Shown here: positions 1 through 8,866 of the stretch, in pieces
How the letters are laid out: every line of letters begins with the position of its first letter
How positions within the stretch are numbered: position 1 is the first letter of the stretch
Source of the DNA: an uncultured Gemmatimonadales bacterium
GTDB taxonomy: Bacteria > Gemmatimonadota > Gemmatimonadetes > Gemmatimonadales > GWC2-71-9
Direction: 5' to 3'
Assembly: GCA_963695555.1 (NCBI GenBank)
Contig: CAVOGR010000005.1
Location: forward strand, 1-64,000
Length of the DNA stretch: 64,000 nt
Notes under the pieces: model-generated
The model's input: only the letters and a program-made list of their open reading frames with translations
Databases searched by the model: none
Told to the model about the DNA's origin: nothing
Translations under genes and position numbers: made by a program

Positions 1-2307
1 AGCACGTAGGTGTGGTTCTTGTCCGCGTCTCGACGAAACCCCCCGGCAGCACGCACATAGTAGTCTGTGTTCTTGCCGGGGTTGTAGGCGACACCGACCG
101 GCGCATTGACCGCCCCGGCCACCTCGACCACGGGATTGTATTCCGGGATGAACACCGAGTCGCCGGCCGCGAGGATCAGGTTGTCGCGAAACTTCGGGTC
201 GCGCAGCGCCTTGGGCAAGTCGATGCCGATGCGGCCCTGCTCGTTGAGCGAGCGGTGGAACGCGACGCCCATCGGGTAGGCCACACCGGTGAGACCGCCC
301 GCCCGCTCGATCAGGTCGACGATGCGCTCTTCTCGATTACGCAAGGCGTACTGCCCTGGGAAACGCACCTGGCCATAGATCGCCACCGTTCGCGGGAGAT
401 CCCACTCCGGTTGGTGCAGGATCGAGACGTTGTCGTACGGTCTGAGCACCACCTCCGGCGCACCGCCCGCGGGAGCCGGAATGCCCGGAGGGCCGAGGTA
501 GGCGCCGTCTGGCCCGCGCTCGACCAGATAGGTGGAGTCGAGCGGCACGCGCATGGTGGTCGCGAGCGCCCCACTCGTAGCGGTCAGTCGGGATGCGGCC
601 GATCTCGGCTTCGCCCAGGTAGGCATCTTCGGTCAGGCCTTGCGCCAACAGCACGGCGTCGCGCAGCGTCATTCCATCGCGATAGGGCACCTCGCCGGGT
701 TCACGCACCGCACCGCCGATCGTCACGAAACGCTCCGGCCGGAACGCCGTGCGGCCGAAGACGGTGATCTCATCTTCGTCCTGCGAGCACGAGGTCGTCG
801 GTCACGGCCCCGGTCGAGTCGCGAAACGCCGAGCGCAGTTGCACGCGGGAAGAGTCGCTCAAGAGCCGGGTGACTAGGATTTGGCCAAGGTAGACGTCGG
901 GCTTGGGGCCACCGGCCAGCTGATGGGCATCGCTCAGCTGCATGCCGGCCGTGAAGCCGACAGGCCCCTCGGTCCACACCCCTCCGGTGACGGTGACGTA
1001 GCCGCGCCGCCGGTCTGGAACCGAAAAGACGACCACCGAATCCCCAGGTGCCAGCGCGAACGACTGGCTGGTGTCCGCAGCGACCTGATCAGACGGGACG
1101 TCGATCACCCGTGCGCTCCGCGCCGGCTGGCCCCCGTGCCGCAGGCGGGAGGGTGCGGTGAATTTGCACACTGCGCACCGAGGCATCGAAGGTGAAGCCT
1201 CCCGCCGCAGCGATCGCGTCACGGAGCGTCTCCCCCTGGCGGAACTCATAGATGGCCGGGCGGACGACCTTTCCCGTTACCGTGACCGGCATGGCGCGCG
1301 GCGGAACGAACACGACGTCCCCGCTCTCCAGCCGTATGTCATGAGTGGTGATGCCCCGGAGCAAATACGCGTACCCATCGAGCGTGCTGGCGAGAGTCTC
1401 CGCCGCGCCGCACCTCAATGTTGCGGAAACTCCCGTTCTCGGTCGGCCCGCCGGCCGCGTACAGCGCCGTGAGAACCGTGCCCGTACCTGCCATCTGGTA
1501 GGAGCCGGGGCGGGCGACCTCCCCAACTACGAAGACCTGGATGGTTCGTATCTTGGCGACGGTCACCTGGAACTGTGTCGTGGCGCCTCGACCACGTCGG
1601 ACCCCGGAATACACCCGGCCCAACCGGGAGTACAGCTGATCCTCGAGCTCGCGCATGGTCAGGTTGGCCACATAGACCTGCCCAACCTGCGGGATGACGA
1701 CGAAGCCCTCGCGGGTCACATCGAGGCTATGCGCCAGTTCCACGTCACCGGTGAGGATCAGGACCAGCACGTCGCCCGCGCCCAAGCGGTAGTTCTCGTC
1801 GACCGGGCCGGCCAGGATGGGGTCGAACTCGGTGCCGCTCCGCCGGAACACGTCCAACCCGAAGATCTGGAGTTCCTCCGGTGCCTGCGCCAGTGAATCG
1901 GCGCGGAGGGAATCGGCCACGAGTTGGGCCGAGTCGGTCAGCACCCGCAGCGAGTCGATCTCATCGGGCGCGGCAATACCGAGGAGCCCGACGACGTCGA
2001 GAACGGCGTTACTCGGCGCGGGGACACCGACGGTATCGGCCCCGACCATGTAGGCATCCAGGAACGTCGACGGGTACCCCTCCGCTTCCAACCGTGAGCG
2101 GATCTGCGCCGGGGTGAGACCGGACGCGGCCATGCGCCGCCGGAGTTCCAGCACCAGCTCCGGCCGCTGCTGCAACAGTTGCTCGGCTTCAGCGGGTGTG
2201 GGCTGCTGCGCGAAGACCGGCGCGGGAATGCCGACGAGCGCCAGGACCACGAGCGCGAGACCCCGTCGCTTCGCACCGAGCCACATGCGTGACATGGAAA
2301 GTGTCAT
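1..2307 (-). CDS. SLBB-domain polysaccharide export/biosynthesis protein (Wza/KpsD-like); runs off the window, several frameshifts
   Basis: Signal peptide, Poly_export motif YRLGAGDVLVLILTGDV, and repeated SLBB motifs (V.GEVARPG.Y, GAVREPG, LRDAI..AGG) spread over ORFs 1339-2307, 1089-1526, 770-1249 and 337-726. Confidence 0.85.
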
Positions 2308-2380
2308 GAGGTGCGAAGATCACCCGTAAGTAGTATTCCGTCAAGGGGTTGCGCCATCCGACCGCAATGCGGGACGCGGG

Positions 2381-3490
2381 TCAGCGACCGCGGTCGATGA
2401 ACTGGGTCCATTGGTCGGCCAGTCGCTTGGCGATGGCTGTCGGCGCGAAGTTGTGGATGACCCGTTGACGCGCGGCCGCGCCCAACGCGGCGCAAACATC
2501 GCGAGCCGCCAGATGCTCGAGCGCAGCCGCGAGCAGGCTCACGTCTCCCTCGGGCACCACAATGCCTGCGTCTCCGACGATCTCCGGCAACGAGCCCGTG
2601 TCTGAAACCACTGCTGCGACCCCGTGACTCATCGCCTCGAGCAGGATGGGCGTCTTGGTCTCCACCCACTCCGAGGTGCGTCGCGACGGGACGACGACGC
2701 AATCGATCCGAGGCCAGACATCCTGTCGGGCCGAGCGGGGAAGCCCGCCGCACCAGGTGACGCGGGAGGCGATGCCGAGGCGTTCCGCCAGGCGCTCCAG
2801 TGGCTCTTGGCGCGGCCCGGTCCCCATGACGGTAATGGTCCACTGGTAGGGAAGCTTGACGCATGAGAGAAAGAGCAGATCCAGCCCACGCTCGGAAACG
2901 AGGCGGCCGGCAAAGGCTGTAGCGAGCGGTCCCTCCGATCGTGGCGCCACATGCGGCGGAATGGCAAGGGCGGCCTCGGGAATCACGGCGGACGGGAGGG
3001 CGGGGTATTGGGCGCGGAGGAGATCGGCAGCCAGGGACGTCCCCGCGATGATACCGGTGAGGCGCGACAGGCACTTGGCGCGGTTTCGCCGCGGCCTGAA
3101 GGAGTATGCTCGCGGTAGGCTTTCCCACGTGGCGAGGATGACCGGAATGCCGAGACTCTTGCCCGTGGCGGTGACCGAGGCGGCCAGGTCGGTTGTCGGC
3201 TCGGTGTCGAGGTGCACCAGGTCGGGCCGCACGTCGGTGAGCAAGCGGCGGAGGGCGCGAACGTCCCATCGTGCGGCTTGGCCGGGCCGTCGGGCGGACG
3301 TGACCGCCACCGGCACGATCCTGATCCCGCCGTCTTCGCCGGCAGCGGTGACAAGCGGCTCGGGCTGTCCCGGGGCCTGCCAGCGGTGGGGGACGGCTGC
3401 GGTGACGCGCCAATGGAGCCCGGCCAGCGCCTTCAAGGTGCCGCGAGATGCCGGGTCTGCAGCACCGGGAGAGATGACGAGAGCGTGCAC
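2381..3490 (-). CDS. Glycosyltransferase family 4
   Basis: FAGRLVSERG, VVPS...LLEAMSHG..VVSDTGSLPEIV GT-B motifs. Confidence 0.85.
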   Translation of the reverse strand: MHALVISPGAADPASRGTLKALAGLHWRVTAAVPHRWQAPGQPEPLVTAAGEDGGIRIVPVAVTSARRPGQAARWDVRALRRLLTDVRPDLVHLDTEPTTDLAASVTATGKSLGIPVILATWESLPRAYSFRPRRNRAKCLSRLTGIIAGTSLAADLLRAQYPALPSAVIPEAALAIPPHVAPRSEGPLATAFAGRLVSERGLDLLFLSCVKLPYQWTITVMGTGPRQEPLERLAERLGIASRVTWCGGLPRSARQDVWPRIDCVVVPSRRTSEWVETKTPILLEAMSHGVAAVVSDTGSLPEIVGDAGIVVPEGDVSLLAAALEHLAARDVCAALGAAARQRVIHNFAPTAIAKRLADQWTQFIDRGR

Positions 3491-3653
3491 GGGTTAGCCG
3501 GGAATGATCAAGTCTGAGAATCCGGTCCGGAGACGATGCGGGCGATGCCCCTCGATGGAAAGATGCCGGGGCCGGGATTTTCTTCCAAGTGCGTGTATGT
3601 TTGTTGCGGCGGGACCGACCGCCACATCTGGACTTTCACCCGGGCTTGGGACC

Positions 3654-4733
3654 GTGCGGATTCTCCACTTGGCGAAATACTACTGGCCTCGCTCCGGTGG
3701 TCGGGAACGGGTGGTCCAGAACTTGGCTGAGGGTGCGTTCCAACTCGGGCATGAGGCCGAGGTCATCGCGGTCGAGACCCGCTGGACCTGGTCCAAGCGA
3801 GGACGTCACCGCCACAAAGTGCGGCGGGTCTTTTCCTTTGGAGCGCTGGGGTCCCAGGAATTCGCGCCCGGCTATTTCGCCGCCGCATGGAAGTCGGCGG
3901 ATATCATTCACGTCCATCACCCCCATCCGCTCGCGGATCTTGTGAGCCTGCTCCGGTTACGCCGGACACCGTTGGTGGTGACCCAGCATCAGGATGTCCG
4001 GCCCGGTCCAGTGTCGCCGCACCTCTCGCGTTGGATTCTGCGGCGCGCCGGGGCCATCGTGGTGCCGAGCTCGTCTCACGTGGCCTTGTGTCGTGAGCTG
4101 GCCGGGCTCGAGTCCAAGGTCGAGGTCATTCCTTTTGCCATCGATGAGCGGCGCTGGATGGAAGTGCCGCCGCCACCGGGGAGGAAACCGGCGCGGGCCA
4201 TCTTTATTGGCCGCTTGGTCCGGTGGAAAGGAGTGGACCTCTTGCTCCGGGCGCTGGCTCAAACCGAAGATATCGAGCTCGATATTGTGGGAGACGGCCC
4301 CGAGTCGCCACGCCTCAAGACGCTGGCGAAGGCGCTCGCCATCACCGACCGGGTACGCTTCTTCGGCGAGTTTCCCGATGAGGATCTGCCGTTCCGAATG
4401 GTGGCGGCCGACTTCCTGGTGCTCCCGTCCGTGACGTCGAGCGAGATGTTCGGCCTGGTGGCAATCGAGGCCATGGCGGCGGGCCGGCCGGTGATCACGA
4501 CCGACCTGCCGAGTGGCGTACGCGATGTGAACGTTGCCGGTGAGACCGGTTTCGTGGTACCGCTCCGCGACGTGGACGCGTTGGCAGGCGCCATGCAGAC
4601 TCTGGCGGCAGATCCTGAACTGGTCCGGAAGATGGGGGCAGCAGGCCGCAGCCGGGTGCTGGAGCACTTCACCCGCGAGGAGATGGCCCGGCGGCACATC
4701 GCGCTCTACGAGCGGCTGCTTGCCAAGCGATGA
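3654..4733 (+). CDS. Glycosyltransferase family 4
   Basis: VRILHLAKYYWP..GG, FIGRLVRWKG, EMFGLVAIEAMAAG; GTG start at 3654 chosen within ORF 3504-4733. Confidence 0.9.
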   Translation: MRILHLAKYYWPRSGGRERVVQNLAEGAFQLGHEAEVIAVETRWTWSKRGRHRHKVRRVFSFGALGSQEFAPGYFAAAWKSADIIHVHHPHPLADLVSLLRLRRTPLVVTQHQDVRPGPVSPHLSRWILRRAGAIVVPSSSHVALCRELAGLESKVEVIPFAIDERRWMEVPPPPGRKPARAIFIGRLVRWKGVDLLLRALAQTEDIELDIVGDGPESPRLKTLAKALAITDRVRFFGEFPDEDLPFRMVAADFLVLPSVTSSEMFGLVAIEAMAAGRPVITTDLPSGVRDVNVAGETGFVVPLRDVDALAGAMQTLAADPELVRKMGAAGRSRVLEHFTREEMARRHIALYERLLAKR

Positions 4734-4734
4734 T

Positions 4735-4769
4735 AGTGGGCAGTAGGGAGTAGTATGTAGAGAGTAGGG
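4735..4769 (+). repeat. Degenerate heptamer tandem repeat (AGTAGGG-like x5)
   Basis: agtgggc agtaggg agtagta tgtagag agtaggg. Confidence 0.6.
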
Positions 4770-4776
4770 AACTTTC

Positions 4777-4850
<74 letters not shown>

Positions 4851-4852
4851 CT

Positions 4853-4880
4853 CAAAACGGGGGCGTGTGCCCCCGTTTTG
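4853..4880. terminator. Intrinsic terminator after tRNA (potentially bidirectional)
   Basis: caaaacgggggc-gtgt-gcccccgttttg perfect hairpin with A/T flanks. Confidence 0.75.
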
Positions 4881-4928
4881 TTGCGGGCCCTCCAGGCCTT
4901 TGTCGTCGCGACTGACCGTCGCTCTGGA

Positions 4929-4949
4929 TCAAGTCCTGCAGGGCCCACT
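4929..4949 (+). repeat. Direct repeat of tRNA-Ile 3' end (att-like)
   Basis: tcaagtcctgcagggcccact is identical to 4832-4852. Confidence 0.9.
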
Positions 4950-5019
4950 GCAATACAACGAGTTACGCCCCCCGAGTCGGCAGTCTTCTTCCTTGTGATT
5001 GCCTCCGCGCTACCCGAGA

Positions 5020-5268
5020 TCAAGACGTAGCCGCGCCTTTCTTGATGATGTACTCGAGCTCGCTGACCCCCGGCACACGACCTTGAAGTACGAGTTTGCC
5101 ATCGATTCCCAGGGCCGGCGTCCGCAAGACTCCCGCCTCAGCTATGGCAACGAGATCTTCCACCTTTGTGACTTCGACTTCCAGATCCATGCTCGTCAGT
5201 GCGTCTCTCACCCGTTGTTCCAGCCGCTTACAGTTGGCGCAACCAGGCCCGTAGACATCGATCTTCAT
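5020..5268 (-). CDS. Small redox-active disulfide (thioredoxin-like) protein
   Basis: MKIDVYGPGCANC...GVLRTPALGIDG..GRVP. Confidence 0.9.
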   Translation of the reverse strand: MKIDVYGPGCANCKRLEQRVRDALTSMDLEVEVTKVEDLVAIAEAGVLRTPALGIDGKLVLQGRVPGVSELEYIIKKGAATS

Positions 5269-5317
5269 CGCTTCAGCTCCGTAAGTGTTGTGATGCGCTT
5301 CATCCGTGTCTCCTTCG

Positions 5318-6650
5318 TCAGCCGAACAACGCGCCGTAGATCAATCCTGTGACAGTCGCCATGACTACCGTGAGCCCCACGAACACGAGCGTCTTCTTGG
5401 TCCCCATGATGCTCCGGATCACCAGCATGTTGGGCAGCGACAACGCCGGGCCGGCCAGCAGCAGCGCCAGCGCCGGCCCCTTGCCCATGCCGTTGCCGAT
5501 CAGTCCCTGGAGGATCGGCACCTCGGTCAGCGTGGCGAAGTACATGAACGCGCCGGCAACCGAGGCGAAGCAGGTTGGCGAACAGCGAGTTGCCGCCGAC
5601 GGCTGCGCCGATCCACGCCGCCGGGATTAGGCCCTCGTCACCGGGTCGACCCGAGCAGCAAGCCCGCCACGATCACACCGACGAGCAGCAGCGGCAGGAT
5701 CTGCTTCGCAAAGCCCCAGGACGATGCGAACCATTCCTGCATCTCGTCGTTGCCGCTGGTGGCGAGTGCCGACGAGTGCCCACAACGCCCGTCGTGAAGG
5801 GCACGGCGGGGTGGCTGGAGAAGCCGGCGCTCGTCCCGGCTAGCGGCCGCGCCCGGGAGCAGCATGCCACGCCACGGCACGCCGTACCACGCGACGAGCA
5901 CAAGGGCAAGAACCAGCGCGAGCCGCCGCGGTGATGACCCACTTGGCACGCGTAGATCGTGTGCCAGATGCCCGCCGACTCGGCCAGGCTTGCCCCAGTT
6001 GGCGAACACCAGGATCGCCGATCATCGCGGCGAAGAACACGCACGTCTGCCACAGCGGCCGCGCCCGTCCGGCTCGTCCGGCAACCCGGCCTGCGCCTCG
6101 GCCTTCGCCAGCTCCTCCGTGCGGAAGATCAAGTGCATCGGCGAGGCCGATCACGCACGCTGAAGACGACCGCGCCGACCGCGCGCGCCACGCCGAGTTC
6201 CACTCCCAGGACGCGGGCGGTCAGGACGATCGCCAGCACGTTGATCGCCGGGCCGGAGTAGAGGAAGGCCGTCGCCGGTCCGAGCCCGGCGCCCCGCTTG
6301 TAGATCCCGCGCGAACAGTGGGAGGACCGTGCAGGAGCAGACCGCCAGGATGGTGCCGGAGACCGACGCCACGCCGTACGCCAGCGCCTTGTGGCGCGTT
6401 GCGGCCCGAGGTACTTCATGACGGCGTCCTGGCTGATGAAGACGCCGATGGCCCCGGCGATGAAGAACGCCGGCACGAGGCAGAGCAGCACGTGCTCGCG
6501 GGCGTACCACCGGACCAAGGAGAGTGACTCTGTCAACGGCCCCGGCATGGGGATGCGGCTGGCAATCCATTCGACCGGCAAGTGATAGCTGGCCAGAAAC
6601 CCGCCCACCAGCAGGATCGCCGCCTTCCACTCGACCCGCCAGAACCCCAT
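5318..6650 (-). CDS. ArsP/DUF318-type permease (multiply frameshifted)
   Basis: REHVLLCLVPAFFIAG, LAVCSCTVLPLF, FLYSGPAINVLA, MYFATLTEVP and LLAGPALSLP motifs lie in different frames. Confidence 0.85.
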
Positions 6651-6666
6651 CGGTGCTTCCCTCCCG

Positions 6667-6987
6667 TTACCGAATGGCGGCCAGTCGCTGCTGGGCGTCA
6701 GCCTGGAGCACTCCCTCGACGCACGAGTACCAGTTGGTCACGCACGGCACGCGGAGCGAGTAGAACACCTGGTTCCCCCGCTTGTCGTTGTCGACGATCC
6801 CGGCGTCCCTGAGCACCAACAGATGCTTCGACACGGTTGAGACGTCCGCTCCGATCATGGCGGTGAGCTCACAGACGCACTCCTCACGGTTGGCAAGTTG
6901 ATCGATGATGAACAGACGGGTGGGGTGAGCGAGGGCTTTCATCACCTTGGCTCGAGCCTCGTATCGTGCTTGCGTCGTGTTGTCCAT
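6667..6987 (-). CDS. ArsR/SmtB family metalloregulator
   Basis: KALAHPTRL, ECVCEL, STVSKHL..LRDAG, YSLRVPC. Confidence 0.92.
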   Translation of the reverse strand: MDNTTQARYEARAKVMKALAHPTRLFIIDQLANREECVCELTAMIGADVSTVSKHLLVLRDAGIVDNDKRGNQVFYSLRVPCVTNWYSCVEGVLQADAQQRLAAIR

Positions 6988-7009
6988 TTGAGAGCCCTAT
7001 TATTGGTGG

Positions 7010-7027
7010 TTTGGCAAAATAGCCAAA
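7010..7027. promoter_or_regulatory. Putative ArsR operator
   Basis: Inverted repeat TTTGGC-AAAATA-GCCAAA about 22 bp upstream of the arsR start. Confidence 0.6.
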
Positions 7028-7201
7028 TAGTAACCGTCAGTCAAACGGGGCTACGCGTACCAGAGTACAGCTGAACTTCCACTCGGACGTTCCTGTCATC
7101 CGTCACCCTCGGGAAATCACACTGGGGAACAAACTGGGGAACGCTCACGTCGGTTCGCGTGCGGTCCCGTCGGTACGCGTAGTCTCGCGTTGTCTACCGG
7201 C

Positions 7202-7231
7202 GCGGACTCATAATCCGTCGGTCGCAGGTTC
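7202..7231 (+). repeat. Direct repeat of tRNA-Ile anticodon-to-T-arm segment (attR-like)
   Basis: 30 bp identical to 4804-4833. Confidence 0.92.
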
Positions 7232-7290
7232 CTGACGGCAGGGAGTGGTGGGTAGGAGTGTGGGAGGGTAGGGATTGTGATGCCGGCCAG

Positions 7291-7341
7291 CCGACCTACC
7301 GACCTACCGACCGACCGACCGACTTAACGACCGACCGACCT
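7291..7341 (+). repeat. CCGA/CCGACCTA microsatellite
   Basis: ccgacctaccgacctaccgaccgaccgaccgacttaacgaccgaccgacct. Confidence 0.8.
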
Positions 7342-7345
7342 CACG

Positions 7346-7609
7346 TCACTTGCTCGTGTCATCCTGCGATGCACGTCCGGCGGTGAGCAAGCGTTCTGCA
7401 AAGTCGACGCGTTCCTGGAGCTCGGCCAGCTGTGCTCGTGTCTCGTTGAGATCGTCACGCAGCCCATCGACCTCCGGTCCCAACTCCGGATCGCCGCCTC
7501 GCATTTCCAGCTCCTTCTTCTTGATCTTGAACCAGAGGATCACACTCAGGGCCCCGACCGGCCCCAGGACGCCGAAAATAACGCTGATGATCTGCACTTC
7601 TAGCGGCAC
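7346..7609 (-). CDS. Small membrane-anchored coiled-coil protein
   Basis: N-terminal TM helix, C-terminal heptads (LAELQERVDFAERLL), SD-like GGAGGG upstream. Confidence 0.75.
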   Translation of the reverse strand: MPLEVQIISVIFGVLGPVGALSVILWFKIKKKELEMRGGDPELGPEVDGLRDDLNETRAQLAELQERVDFAERLLTAGRASQDDTSK

Positions 7610-7852
7610 GATGATCCCTCCTTCTCAAACTCTCGGAGGTGAGTTGGCAAGAATACGCTGGTCGGGTCTCTTTTTCGCTAACCCCAAGATACACGACATG
7701 ATGAGCCATCGGCGAGGAAGACGGCTGCCAGGAGTGCGTCTGTTCGATAGCCGCCGATCCCACCGTGGCATCCTGGCCTGTACGACCGAGAGCGTGAGGA
7801 CGGAGGGAGCAGTGGGCAGGAAAGTGGGAGGGTAGGCGTTGTAAGGCGACCT

Positions 7853-7872
7853 CCCTCCCTCCCTCCCTCCCT
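7853..7872. repeat. (CCCT)5 / (AGGG)5 tandem repeat
   Basis: Direct reading of the sequence. Confidence 0.85.
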
Positions 7873-8151
7873 GCAGCCAAGACTCGCTCGGCTCGTTCGG
7901 ATTCTGAATGGCCGACGGGATGATTCTGGTAGGGATTCGCCGGCGCAGTCCTCGCAGTTCTTGAAAGATTCCTTCCCAGGAATCTCAGAAATTTTTCATG
8001 ACCCATGTGGTAAGAGGGCTCATTCGTTCGACGTTCTCCCCTGGCCTGGGCGATCCCGCTACTGGTCCGACGCCGCTCTTCGACGCCCCTCCGACTCCGA
8101 GACCACTCACGCCTCCAGTATGGCGCCTGGTTCACCAAGAGGAGGTAGCGT

Positions 8152-8662
8152 ATGACTGCCAAAGTATTCGCGGCGGGGCTGGTGGCGTTGGTGGCCTTCG
8201 GCTGCAGCGATCCACCCACCACCGCCACGGCATTGGGTGACGAAGCCGTGGCACCTGCGTTCATGGCTGACCGTGCAGAGTACAGCTTCCCGTATGACCT
8301 ACAGGATGAAGACCCCTTCTTAGTGTGTCGTGGCGAGCTTGTGGAAGGTTACGGCATTCTCACTATTCACATCCGAGAGGTGACCACGCCCTCGGGCAAC
8401 CTGCTTGTGCGCGGTTGGGTCGAATATCCCGGCGATTCCTATATGATCGGAACTGAATCAGGCGTCGTGTTGGACCTTCAAGAACGGACTCAATCCCTTT
8501 ACCGAGACCTACAAGGGCCAGTTCTATCGTCAGAACTGGATGATTACCGAGTGGTATACGAATCCGGACCTTGGGCAGCTTCGGGTCCGTTGGTGGGGCG
8601 GCTTTAAGTATGATAAGGACGGCAATTTGACGATCAACCGAGACAACCTGACATGTGAATAG
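8152..8662 (+). CDS. Hypothetical lipoprotein (frameshift near 8470)
   Basis: GGAGG RBS and lipobox-like VAFGC; removing one T at 8470-8471 extends the frame to TAG 8662, just before a terminator. Confidence 0.65.
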
Positions 8663-8688
8663 GCCCTGCAACGGGCGGTGTCGTTTCG

Positions 8689-8726
8689 GCCCCGAGCGTC
8701 ACGCGGCGCTCGGGGCTTCTCGTTTT
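8689..8726 (+). terminator. Intrinsic terminator
   Basis: gccccgagcg...cgctcggggc hairpin followed by ttctcgtttt. Confidence 0.7.
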
Positions 8727-8866
8727 GGACCAGCCCCGCTGACATCCTGTATCTTAGGCAGTGGCGTGAAAGTGGATTCCCCGTGTGAGTAAGACGGTCG
8801 TTGGGGGCGAAGGCCCGGCGGGCAACCCGACCCCTGGAACGAGCGTCAGACGACGAGGAAGGACGG

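Larger units (their letters stand above)
4950..7231. mobile_element. Integrase-less genomic islet remnant at tRNA-Ile2
   Basis: Bounded by tRNA-derived repeats at 4929-4949 and 7202-7231; cargo is ArsR, permease and thioredoxin. Confidence 0.7.

Noticed and set aside
7291..7341. Possible CRISPR array
   Set aside because: Simple 4/8-bp microsatellite with no spacers and no cas genes
7455..8264. 269-aa minus-strand ORF and other small ORFs between 7610 and 8150
   Set aside because: Overlap better-supported genes, cross simple repeats and show no protein-like motifs
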